A stretch of 63,461 nt of DNA, counting the filler. It is 6 parts of 6 records of this genome, joined end to end, with 100 filler letters (N's around TTAATTAATTAA, not from the genome) between each part and the next. Parts side by side here need not be neighbours in the genome. Positions count along the whole stretch, not along the records: positions 5,947 to 25,056 come from SRR31156797_33553; 5 more parts are not named here. One strand, written 5' to 3'. The translations under genes were made by a program, and so were the position numbers. This document shows positions 10,171 through 21,200 of the stretch, in pieces. How positions within the stretch are numbered: the stretch's first letter is position 1; each line of letters starts with the position of its first letter. Under the pieces are notes generated by a model, which was not told where the DNA came from, searched no databases, and saw only the letters and a list, made by a program, of their open reading frames with translations.

Positions 10171-11121
10171 ATGAAAACTCTTGTGACTATGAAAAAATGG
10201 ATAATCGCTCCTCTGTTCTTTTTGTTTATGGTAGCTTGTTCGCAAGACAGTTATCAGTCAATTCCTTGGCAAAGTAAGCCGGTGGAAGTAGATGGTGTGG
10301 CGAATGAATGGAATATTCCTTTAAAGTATTATGATAAAAATTTAAAATTGAATTACCAGTTCAGTAATGATGGGGAATACCTGTATTTTGCTGCCCGCAC
10401 TACTGAAATGCAATTGATTCATCATATTATGCGTGGTGGATTAACCATAGAAATGGATACGATGCCTAAAAGCAAAAATTATCCATATAGCCTTACATTT
10501 CCTTTTATGCCTGCTCACCCAAAAATGGGGCCAATGCAAGGTGAACCTATGAGGGAAAATAATCAGTCAATGGGTGCAGATACTCAGGAACCTTCCTATA
10601 GTGAACCGCAATATTTTAATCCAAATCAACAACAGATGATGAGCCCAATGCTTAGTCAGTTTCAGATAAAAGGTTTCAGTGGAATAGCAAAGGATTCAGC
10701 ATTGGTTGTTCCAATGGATCAGGCTGGAGGTATTAGAGCGCATTGTACTCCTTCTGAGGATGGAATTTTATTTTATGAAGTAGCAATTCCATTAAATTCT
10801 ATTTTTTCAGAAAAGTCGGCAATACTTGATACAACAAAAATATACAGTTGCAGTATTTCCTTGGCGATGAATATGAATGAGCATAAACCAATGCCTCAAA
10901 ACGGAAATATGGGAGCTATGCCTCAACCTCCAGGAGGAGCAATGGGTAATCCAGGAGGAGGTATGGGAGGTCCACCTCCGGGAGGAGGAATGGGCGGTGG
11001 TCCTGGTGGCGGCCCTGGTGGAAATGGAGGATTTCATGATGGCAGAGATATGCAGCCTCAGCAAACTGACTTAAGCAAGCATAAAATAGAACATAGTTTT
11101 AAACTTTCATATCAACTCTGA
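10171..11121 (+). CDS. Hypothetical lipoprotein with Gly/Pro/Met-rich low-complexity segment
   Basis: Lipobox MVAC; 'VDG...EW' and 'YEVAIP' motifs resemble a DOMON/CBM9-like sandwich; GGGMGGPPPGGG tract. Confidence 0.7.
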   Translation: MKTLVTMKKWIIAPLFFLFMVACSQDSYQSIPWQSKPVEVDGVANEWNIPLKYYDKNLKLNYQFSNDGEYLYFAARTTEMQLIHHIMRGGLTIEMDTMPKSKNYPYSLTFPFMPAHPKMGPMQGEPMRENNQSMGADTQEPSYSEPQYFNPNQQQMMSPMLSQFQIKGFSGIAKDSALVVPMDQAGGIRAHCTPSEDGILFYEVAIPLNSIFSEKSAILDTTKIYSCSISLAMNMNEHKPMPQNGNMGAMPQPPGGAMGNPGGGMGGPPPGGGMGGGPGGGPGGNGGFHDGRDMQPQQTDLSKHKIEHSFKLSYQL

Positions 11122-11143
11122 TTATAAGTTGTTTTCCATTAAG

Positions 11144-11183
11144 AAGGCTGTTTGTTACAAAAGTGTAACAAACAGCCTTTTTT
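11144..11183. terminator. Bidirectional intrinsic terminator
   Basis: 16-bp perfect stem AAGGCTGTTTGTTACA/TGTAACAAACAGCCTT plus T-tract, between convergent genes. Confidence 0.88.
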
Positions 11184-11220
11184 ATTTTGGTATCTAATTT
11201 TTAATAGATAATAGTAGTTG

Positions 11221-12327
11221 TTATAGCTTGAAGAATTGTAACGAATGATTAAGTTTTTGAGCTCTGCTTAGTAAAACATCTGCGCTAGCGGATAAGCTAT
11301 CAGCTGTACCTGCATTAACCTGCGTAACGTTGTTTAGCTGTTGTAAAGCTTCGTTAACTTGTTCAACGCCGTTATTTTGTTCGCTGCTTGCTGCTGCTAT
11401 CTCCTGAACCAGCGAAGTGGTTTTATTTATTTCAGGAATTAACTCAAGCAATTGCGTATTGGAAATATTAGATTTATTGACGCTTTCTTCAACCAATTTT
11501 GTTATAACAAGAGCCGCCTCTCTGCTTCGATCTGCCAACATTCTAACTTCGTTAGCAACAACAGCAAAGCCTCTACCGGCATCTCCTGCTCTGGATGCCT
11601 CAACGGCTGCGTTCAGAGCCAGAATATTGGTTTGTTCAGAAATTTCAGATATTATCTTAATATTCTCTGCAATAGAATTAACCGATTGATTACCGTCATC
11701 AACAGCTTCGTGAGTTGAATGCATTACTTCGGATGAATTGGATGCTATATCTTTTGCCTGATTACTGTTAAATGTATTTTGCTCAATGTTTGCAGAGATT
11801 TCTTCCATGGTGGAAGAGATTTCTTCAACGGAAGATGCTTGTTCGCTGCTGTTTTGTGCCAATTGGTTGGCATTGGACGAAAGATCTTTTCCACTTGAAT
11901 TTAAAAAGTTTGCACTTTCGTTTACCTCTGTTAAAACTTGCTTAAGGTTTTTATTCAGTTCAATGATAGATTCGTTTAAAATACCAAGTTCACTCTTTTG
12001 CTTTTGTTTCTGAATGGAAAAGTTTAAATCGCCATCTGCCATACGTTTTAGTTGACTAATGCTTTCATCCAATGGCTTTTTAAGTTTTTTGTGTATAGTG
12101 ATAAACACAAAAAAGCCAACTAAAAAGGCAGAAGGAAATGACCAACTCATGTTAATCAGTTCTGTATTTCCTACGATAAAAGAAACCATACTGGAATAAT
12201 AAACCAAAAGTAAGGTTAGTTTTAAAATGGTTGCTAGTATTGATTTTTTAAAAATCCAATTAATCAATAAGATAGCAAAAGGGTAAGAGGCCACTAGTGT
12301 TAGCCCAAAAATCATAATCTCTGACAT
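11221..12327 (-). CDS. Methyl-accepting chemotaxis protein (TM, HAMP, signalling domain)
   Basis: [31 protein letters not shown] signature. Confidence 0.95.
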   Translation of the reverse strand: MSEIMIFGLTLVASYPFAILLINWIFKKSILATILKLTLLLVYYSSMVSFIVGNTELINMSWSFPSAFLVGFFVFITIHKKLKKPLDESISQLKRMADGDLNFSIQKQKQKSELGILNESIIELNKNLKQVLTEVNESANFLNSSGKDLSSNANQLAQNSSEQASSVEEISSTMEEISANIEQNTFNSNQAKDIASNSSEVMHSTHEAVDDGNQSVNSIAENIKIISEISEQTNILALNAAVEASRAGDAGRGFAVVANEVRMLADRSREAALVITKLVEESVNKSNISNTQLLELIPEINKTTSLVQEIAAASSEQNNGVEQVNEALQQLNNVTQVNAGTADSLSASADVLLSRAQKLNHSLQFFKL

Positions 12328-12507
12328 CTGTTTTTCCTATTTTGTCTTCATAATGTTTGATGCAGAATGTGCAATGAAGTAATTAATTGCTGCATCAATG
12401 TTTGAGTTTATAACGAGATTCTTCGGCTTAGGTTTCGTTTATTTCCTAGTAATAAAGTATTGTTTTAATTAAAATTTGGTAATCAATTATTTAATCATAC
12501 ATTTGTG

Positions 12508-12529
12508 GTGTTATAGTATAATAGTACAC
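12508..12529 (+). promoter_or_regulatory. Putative YtrA/GntR operator
   Basis: GTGTTATAGTATAATAGTACAC is an imperfect palindrome (GTGT..TA-N6-TA..ACAC) ending about 20 bp upstream of an ABC operon that encodes a YtrA-type GntR. Confidence 0.75.
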
Positions 12530-12549
12530 TAATCTTATGTAGCTAAATT

Positions 12550-13380
12550 ATGATTAAAATTGAAAACCTCTCTTTTTCATATTCTAAAAAGAGTAAACTC
12601 TACAATGAACTAGATCTTCAAGTCGAAAGCGGCAGCATTATTGGCTTGTTAGGAAAAAATGGAGCGGGTAAATCTACTTTGCTCAAACTAATGGCAGGAC
12701 TTCTAAAACCTCAAAAAGGTTCTCTGTCAATTATGGATTATACACCTTTTGATCGAAAGCCAGGCTACTTAAAAGATATCTTTTTTGTAGCAGAGGACTT
12801 TTCTGTTCCATCTGTAAGTGTAAAATCTTATATCAACGCTATGTCGCCACTTTATCCCAAATTTGATAAAGATAAAATGGGCAGACTGATTGTTGAGATG
12901 GAGTTGGAAGGGAAAGGAAACCTTGGAAAAATGTCTTATGGTCAGAAAAAGAAATTTATTATTGCTTTTGCGCTGGCAACTAATTGTAAGCTATTGTTAA
13001 TGGATGAGCCAACTAATGGACTTGACATTCCCTCTAAAGCCTTGTTTCGAAAAATTTTGGCAGGAGCATTATCCGACAAACAAATAGCATTGATCTCAAC
13101 CCACCAGGTTAAAGATGTTGAAAACTTAATTGACAGAATTGTTTTAATTGAGAACGGTAAATTCATTTTTAATGAAAGTACCCTTGATATAAGCGATAAA
13201 TATGGTTTTTATACTGTTTCTCATTTAAATGGAGATGACTATTTGTATAAAGAAATGGCTCCGGGTGGATATCGGGTAATTAAAGGTGGCTATCAGCAGG
13301 ATACACCCATTGATATCGAATTATTATTTAATGCTATTGTTAACGGAACTAAACTCAAAACTCATGAACCAAGTATTTAA
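12550..13380 (+). CDS. ABC transporter ATP-binding protein (YtrB-like)
   Basis: GKNGAGKST, MSYGQ, LLMDEP. Confidence 0.95.
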   Translation: MIKIENLSFSYSKKSKLYNELDLQVESGSIIGLLGKNGAGKSTLLKLMAGLLKPQKGSLSIMDYTPFDRKPGYLKDIFFVAEDFSVPSVSVKSYINAMSPLYPKFDKDKMGRLIVEMELEGKGNLGKMSYGQKKKFIIAFALATNCKLLLMDEPTNGLDIPSKALFRKILAGALSDKQIALISTHQVKDVENLIDRIVLIENGKFIFNESTLDISDKYGFYTVSHLNGDDYLYKEMAPGGYRVIKGGYQQDTPIDIELLFNAIVNGTKLKTHEPSI

Positions 13381-14125
13381 CCTAAAACGATTTTTAAATT
13401 TTGCACGCAGCCAGTTTTTAATGAATAGAAAAACCTATGCTTATACTATTGGAGGATTTTCTATTGTTCTATTATTAGTTGAATTTTTTATTATATCTAC
13501 AAGTCACAGGTATTGGGATGAACGTAACTGGGTAGCTATTTTTTTATTTACAATTGCTATTATTGGTTTATTAATTATTGGTCATAGTTTTCCTTTTTTG
13601 CGAAAGAAAACGAAAACGCATCAATATTTAGTCATGCCTGCATCCATAGTAGAAAAGTTTGTACTTGAATTTCTATTTAAATTTGTACTTTTTATAGCCC
13701 TGTTTTTTCTGCTGTTTCCATTTATTTCAGACTTAGCTTTGAAGATCTTTTATTTCGTTTCGCCAATAAAAACTTTAGTTTCATTTTCTTACAGCCAATT
13801 GTTTATTGAAGAAACGGAGATTGTCAAATTGGTGACTTCTATTTTTTTACTGGCTTTCTCATTAGCTTTTGCCGGTTCTGCTGCTATCAGAAGATATCCG
13901 CTAATAAAAGTTATTCTAATTATTGGGGGAATTTTTCTCACATGTGTAGGCTACTTCTATTTAATATTTGAACATTGGAATCTAGATAGAGGAGTGGAAT
14001 ATGTAATGAGAAATATAATGAAGGACGAAATAGTTGCATTAAATATAGCATTGTCTATTATAGGGTTTACAGTGTTGATGTCGTGGACTTATGCATTTTT
14101 TAAACTGAAGGAAAGGGAAGTGTAA
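13364..14125 (+). CDS. ABC-2-type permease
   Basis: About six TM helices, 'MPASIVEKF' motif; likely start ATG 13364 overlapping the ATPase end. Confidence 0.8.
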   Translation: MNQVFNLKRFLNFARSQFLMNRKTYAYTIGGFSIVLLLVEFFIISTSHRYWDERNWVAIFLFTIAIIGLLIIGHSFPFLRKKTKTHQYLVMPASIVEKFVLEFLFKFVLFIALFFLLFPFISDLALKIFYFVSPIKTLVSFSYSQLFIEETEIVKLVTSIFLLAFSLAFAGSAAIRRYPLIKVILIIGGIFLTCVGYFYLIFEHWNLDRGVEYVMRNIMKDEIVALNIALSIIGFTVLMSWTYAFFKLKEREV

Positions 14126-14126
14126 C

Positions 14127-14498
14127 ATGGAGTTTAAAAGTTCAAAAGGAATTTTTCAGCAAATAGCCGATAATTTATGTGATAAAATTTTATCGGGAGA
14201 GTTTAAGGTGGGAGATAAAATACCATCTGTACGTGAGCAATCTGCCTTGTTGGGAGTAAATCATAATACCATTATGCGTACTTATACCGAATTACAAAGG
14301 GATGGTATTATCAGCAATAAAAGAGGTATTGGATTTTTTGTTGCAGAAGAGGCTATTGACAAAATTCAGGAGCATCGCAGACAAGAATTCTTTGAACATA
14401 CCTTACCCGAAGTGGAACATCTTGTTTCTTTATTAAAAATTAAGATGTCCGATGTAACCCATTTAATCTCAAAACTAAAAGAAAATGAAAATCAGTAG
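14127..14498 (+). CDS. GntR-family (YtrA subfamily) regulator
   Basis: IPSVREQS..LGVNHNTIMRTY...RGIGFFV with a short C-terminal domain. Confidence 0.93.
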   Translation: MEFKSSKGIFQQIADNLCDKILSGEFKVGDKIPSVREQSALLGVNHNTIMRTYTELQRDGIISNKRGIGFFVAEEAIDKIQEHRRQEFFEHTLPEVEHLVSLLKIKMSDVTHLISKLKENENQ

Positions 14499-15162
14499 AA
14501 TCCTATTTATATCCTATTTTTCCTTGTTTGGTCTTGTATTATTAAGCTTTCTTGTTTTTGGATTTGTATATAAGGATAAGGAAAGTAATCATCGTAATTC
14601 AGTAGAAAATATCAAACAGCGAATAATTGAATTAAATGAATTTAAATATATCGTTCAAAGCGAAGGAACACATGTAATTGTAAAAAGTGATAGCTTAAGC
14701 AGACTGATATATTCAGAGTTTAACAATCGGCCGGTATTAAAACCATCCTATAAAATTAGTCATGACACCTTGTATGTTTATAAATCAGCTAGCAATATGA
14801 ACAATGTGATTACTATTATTTCAGATGATCTAAATTTTATAAAAGGTGAGCATTGTAGAGTAGAACTAATTGGAATTAACCAAACAGACTTTAAGATAAT
14901 TGGCAATAACACAAACGTAAACTTTCATGGTAATACGCATATTAAAAACCTGGAATTAACGCTGCATAATAATTCAGAATTTTCAGGATGGCAATATTCT
15001 ATACAATCTTTAAAGTTGGATGTTGATAACTCAAAGTTTTGGGTAAATCACAATATTGTTCTTAATTCTATCCAAGGAAAAGTTTCAAATTGTTCTAATT
15101 TTCAGGTTCCAAAATCACATAATTATAATTTGAAAATTGATGAAGCAACGAGTTTTAATTAG
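14485..15162 (+). CDS. Hypothetical membrane-anchored protein (possible GIN/DUF2807-like beta-solenoid)
   Basis: One N-terminal TM, Asn/Ser-rich beta-repeat-like C-terminus; overlaps the GntR stop. Confidence 0.65.
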   Translation: MKISRILFISYFSLFGLVLLSFLVFGFVYKDKESNHRNSVENIKQRIIELNEFKYIVQSEGTHVIVKSDSLSRLIYSEFNNRPVLKPSYKISHDTLYVYKSASNMNNVITIISDDLNFIKGEHCRVELIGINQTDFKIIGNNTNVNFHGNTHIKNLELTLHNNSEFSGWQYSIQSLKLDVDNSKFWVNHNIVLNSIQGKVSNCSNFQVPKSHNYNLKIDEATSFN

Positions 15163-15203
15163 AGCAAAAACTATAGTTTAGTATAATTTTAAAAGGAAAT
15201 AAG

Positions 15204-15251
15204 AAACCCGGAATGTCATGTATGATAAGATGATATTCCGGGTTTTATTTT
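15204..15251. terminator. Bidirectional terminator
   Basis: AAACCCGGAATGTCAT...ATGATATTCCGGGTTT stem plus T-tract, between convergent genes. Confidence 0.8.
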
Positions 15252-18200
15252 TTATTGAGCTAATGAGAATCGGAAACTTACCCCAAAGTTGCTGTTGGTT
15301 GTAGGGTAGGAAAGCGAGATGTAAGGTGAATTAACCACTCTGTCGTAATACAATTGCATATTAAAACGATCGCTTAATACATAGTCGGCTGTAAATTTAA
15401 CGGTATTAATTTTCTGACCAGAAGTAAGCTGACTAACGTTATCTTCAATTCTACGGATCAACGCAATGTTATCTCTGATAGAGAAATCAAGTCTTAAATT
15501 TAAATCGCTCGATATCTTCTTTTGACCTCCACCTTTGCCACCCAATATCATATCCATTTTATCAAATCGATATCCAAATCCAAGAACTAATTCATGGTTA
15601 TGGTTTTCGATTAGCTGGCTGTTGGCTAAACTAAGGTTTAATGTTCTGGTTTTTTTGTTTTCGATACGAGTTGTCAGGTTGTTTTTCCATGTAATATTAA
15701 AGCCAATTAACGGACTAAAGGTTTCGTTTAAGGTAACGGAGTTAACCTGATATTGCGAATAAAAGTTGCCTTGTAAATCCCTAATCCAATTGATATCTGT
15801 AGCATTGTTATCGTCAAAGTCGCTATTGGTTACATACGATCCAACATTATATGTAGAACGGTAACTATGCGTAATATCAAACGAACGAACATATTTTTGG
15901 AATAGCTTAATTTTAGATAAGCCATTGTAAGTAAAGCGCCAGTTAGGCTGAACTTTAGCCAGATTAGGGAATATGTTCAGGAATATATTATTGGCATCTT
16001 TACCACTATAAGCAGCCAAAAATGCAGGAATCAATACCTCTTGTGAGTTTAAACCATATCCAGATTCAAAATTTTCACTTTCCGGATTGTAACCTTCGTT
16101 ATTCGTTGGATTAGTTAGACCTATACGTTTTTCAATAAGTCGGTTAGCAATTAACTGTCTGTTTTCTAAAAACTGATTATAGGCTTCCGATTCGTAAGTT
16201 CCTGTTTTACTTACTTTTTGAAATGCAGTACCAATAATATTATAGGTCATTGAAAAATTACCACTTTCGCGCGTATTCTTAGCTGAGAATTTACCCTCTT
16301 CCATTTGGTAATATTCGTTTAGATTATTTGAATATCTGCGATTGGCAGTTAAGTCAATACGAAATCCTTTAAGCGGCTCAAAAGTGGTTTTAATAGTAAA
16401 ATCCTCCTGATGAGTCATCACGTAAGCCTGATTGATATTATCTTTGGTGATCCACCCTTTTTCTGCTGCTTTTTGAGCAAAGTTCCGGTCTTGCCAACCG
16501 GCCACAAAACCAAATCCCGGTGCATTGTATCCATTGTAGGAACTGCTACCTAATAATTTTGTACTTGGTAAATATCCAGGCAAAATAGTTCCATTGGTTT
16601 CGGTATAATTCAACGAAATATTTTTAACTCCGGTAGCAACCATGGCGGTGTAATCAACAATGGTTCCCAGTATGGTTGTTTTGTCTTCGCGTGTACCGGT
16701 AGCCATAATGCGTGCATTATCGTAATCGCTATCCGGAATAAATTCGGAATTGTTTTGATCAATAGTCGTGGTTTTACCTCTGGCTGTTCTACCGTTCTGA
16801 TCATAAATCCGAATCCGTACATTATCGGCTTTCAACTTGTGCTTAATAATATAAGGTTCGCCTTTTTTCAGTGTAATTCCTTCTTTATTATATCTTACCG
16901 TAACCTTGTTGTTCTTCTTCTGATTACCTCTGGATGTGCCATATTTGCGCGATAAACCTTTTAAGTATTTGGAACGGTTGTATAACGTGGTTAAGTTGAA
17001 TTGTGTTGTTCCCTGAATATTATTGGAGTTACTTATTGTATTACCCCAAACTATATCAGAGCTGGTAGTTTGTGGTGCTGTTTGCCAGCGGTACATACCG
17101 GTGTATTTAATATTGGCACTGGTCCAGCTTAAATATGGCAACTTATTAATAGGTAACTTGTAACTAACATTGTAATTATGCTGATAATTGGTTACTCTAC
17201 CACCATTCAGGATGTTGGATATTACAGAATCTTTCCAGATTTTATAATCATCCTCTAAATCTTTATTCACCTCCAGAACACTTAGTGGTTCATCTATTCG
17301 TGCATTGGTGGTTGATTTAAAATCAAACTTCAGGTTTTTAGTCAGGTTGTAGCGTAAATCAAAATATCGATTCCAATTAAAGTTTTTGCTAACTGTTAAT
17401 GGAATTTTAAATGTTGGATTATTTAAATTTCGTAACTGTTCCTGACTGTATCTTCTTATCATTTCATTACGATACGATATTTGGGTTGGCATCAGGTAAA
17501 AGTTAAAGTCTTTAATCACCTTAAAAGCTTCTCCTTTTAGCGCATTGTTCTTTTTAAATGGTTCAATGGCTTTAGGACGATTGTTAAAATTATAGGCTAA
17601 TACCCCTCGATAATTTTTGTCAATTTTTTCCTCCGTATTAATATCTCTTGCTTTAGTGATATTATAAGAATAAGTAGCTGATACGTTGGAAATATCGTAA
17701 ATGCGCGATTTATTATTCTTAGGTTTTAGTTTTACATTGGTAAAGTTGATGCTTTTTCTCGTAACCACATCCTGAGACATGCGCTTAATACTGTCTTTTT
17801 CAGCTTCACTTTCTGCATTATCTAAAGCTACATCTAAAGGAATATCCGGATCTAATGGATAATATTCAGGGCTGGCAACTTCTTTAGAATATCCATAATA
17901 GAAAGGAATAGATAAGCGCGATTTGGCCCCTGTAAACTTTCCTAGTTCCAGATTAGTGGCAATATCATACTGGTAGAAATCTTCCTGACTTCTTTCAGTT
18001 ACACTTTGGTCGATACTACCAAAACCAACGGTATGTGTGTTTCCGGCAAGAGAAAGATTACCCAAATCCGAAAGCTTGATATTCATGCGAGCTGTGGCAG
18101 CCCAACCACCGTCTTCATCAAAATCGGTTAATCTAAGTTCGTTAAACCAAACTTCAAAAGATACATCTTCGTCAGCAATACTTCGTACACCAATCATAAT

Positions 18201-21200
18201 AGTACGAATATTACCCAGATTAGGATTACCTTTAATCTTAATATAATTTTCACCTACTTTAACGGGATAAACCTCGTTTACAGGGTGTGTACTTTGGTTT
18301 CTTTTTAATTTTACAGATTGTAGCTCCTCAAAGGCAAAATCAAATCGGTTACTTTCAGGCCAAATATCGTCATCGATTGTAGCACCATGTGCAGTCATCT
18401 CCAAAGGAATTTCGTATTCGTAATAGTTATTCTTGGTATCGGATCCTAATCGAATAAATGCTCTTACGTTATTGTCTCCTATTTCACCATTAACGACTTC
18501 CTCTGCATGAACTTCCATTTTTAATCTCCCGTACTGACGCATATCCATACTCATTGTTTTGAACACAGCTTTACGATCGTTTCTGGCTAAATCTGTTAGT
18601 TTTAACGAAAGAGATTGCTCGTTTAATTCTTGAAGTTGTGGGTTGGCCGGATCAATAACCCTGTCAACCCCCGGAGGTAACACGTAGTTAATAGGTGATC
18701 GGGTTGAGTTTTCCTCAATATTTACGGCTCCTACCTCAAATGAAGTTTCGGTATTAGGAAAAACAGTTTCATCTGTTTCTGCTAGGTCACTAGTGTATTT
18801 TCTCCAGTCACTTCGGACTAAATCAAGAGTTGCAAATCGTAAAATAGTAGTATCCTGGAAGCCATGCATAAACATACGCAAGAAACGGATAGAGCGCATA
18901 TCGCTAATGCTACCCACAACTGAATCAGGTACGTTTACAGGTATTCTGAACTGATACCAGTTAATCGTTTCTGTTTTCTCATTTTTTAAGTTTACTTCTG
19001 CAGATCTGATATCGGCAATATAATTTCGCCCTACCTCCATTTGATTAGGATCGAGAGTTACTTTATATTGGTAATAGCTTTCACTTTCACTTAAAGTATT
19101 ATCCCGGTTAATATCCTCCATATTGGGATTAGATATGGAAGCCGTTGCATAGGATTCCGGAGAATACTCAGAAGGAACTGAGTTCCCTTCCGGTCCGTTA
19201 AAGTTTTTATATCGATCCAGGATCGTTAGTTTTTGTGAGTCATAATCACTACCTCTAAAGTAATGATAGTCATCAGCAGAAGGGTCGTTAATGATATTAC
19301 TATAGGCGGCATCACTTAATCCACCATTGCCTCTCAGGTTTTCTATAGAATTCATGAAATCTTCATAGAAAGTTATTTCCTGATCACTGGTTAATCCGTC
19401 TAAACCAATATCTTGTCGGATACGGGCATCTGCTTCGTTACTAAAGGCACTAACTAAACTTTGTTTAGTAGGGACTAATCCCCAGGTGGTTGTGTCTACT
19501 TCAAAGGCTTCGTCAGGTCCTGGCATTCCCTGTTCAAAGAACTTCCTTGAATCACGTAATACATCTTCAGAAATATTACCCAGGTTGATGTATAACTCTC
19601 CCGCTTTTTCAGGATCCTGATTGTAAATAAAAGGATCCATCAACCAGAACTCGATGTATTCTATGTTAGCAGCTTCAAAATCACTGGTTTCTACACGACG
19701 TTGGATACCTCCCCAGTTATCTTCCGGAGAATTTAAATAACCATCATAATCCAGGTTGTCTGAGAAGTTATATGGTCCTCTTTCTTTTGGATAATAGGCA
19801 AAGTTCAGTACTGAAATATTAGTAGGTGTTCCGGTTGCCACATCCTGTTCCGGGAATAACTCTTTTATATAAACCTCTCGCGAATAGTGGTTGGACTGTA
19901 AGTCGAGATTATCTTTAATGTGCTGTGGTGTAAACTGGTTATTTCTCGAAAACAATGGATCGATCATATACCAGGCTACTTTGGCCCTGTTATATCCTGT
20001 TGAAAGATCATTAATGTTGGTGGCATTTTCTCCCAATAACAGTTCATCCTGCGGTGCACTGGCCAGATTCCAGGCTGTCCAGTTGCGCATATCAATAGAT
20101 ATTTTGGTGCCCTCAAAGTCATCGATAAAAGCTTCTCCTTCATCTTTAATAACATTAGGGTGGCCGGGAACTAATTGCGCAAATTCACCTTCAAAAGTAA
20201 TGCTGGAAGGTTCTTTTACCTGTAACAGAGGTATATTATTCAATACATTGGTAAGCCACTGCGATTCGGAGAAATAGGAAGTATTAAAACCATAAATGGT
20301 ATTAGCAATCGGTTCATCTCCAAAACTCACTTTTTGTGTAAGCGGACGTTCGCGCAAGTGCATTAAGGTTGCCCCAATGTTAAAATCCTTATTGATTTGA
20401 TAATTCATATGGGTTCCCATCAGCGTTTTAGTTTGCAGATTAAACAAACTCTGGCTTTCTAAGGAAACCTGTATGGGTTGACCACTATTTACTAATCCCT
20501 GATTTATAATTTTAACGGTACCAAAAGAATAATCTACCGTGTAATCTACATTTTCAACCAGCTTAATCCCTCCGGCTGTTACAATAACCGAACCTTGCGG
20601 GATGTTTTGTGCATTTAATGAAATTTCACTGCTGCTGCTAGATTTATAAGAACCGGTTAAACGGAATTTATTTTTTTCTGCGTCTTGAGTTGCCAGAGTT
20701 TGGGTTGAATCATATAATGCCTGATAGCCATACTTCTTCCAAAGACTACTATTCGCATCGCCACCTAACTTTTCTAAAAGATGAGAACCAAACGGTTCTA
20801 ATACAGGGAAAATGACGCGACCATTTTGTGAATAGATGGTGTAGTTTTCGATATAATCAAAAGTTCCGTCGGACTGAGGATCGTAAACATCATTCAGTTT
20901 ATCCAGATCCATAATGTTTAAAAAGAGTTTCCCGTTTAATTCATGCTCATCCGGAAAATAATTGATTAATGCACCTGTTGAATCATCTACATAAGTAACA
21001 TCAAAAACAAAATCCTCGCGGTTTACCTGGTATGCACCAATGGCATAAATGTTTTTCATCATCAAATCCCAGGTAGGTTTAACCGAAGGAGTTAGGTTGG
21101 TGCTTTTTATAAGTTTCAAGAATAATGTAGCACTTGATTCTAAACCATCACCCGAGAATTCCCCTACTTTTCTGGTTTCTCCATTATAATCATACTCAAA

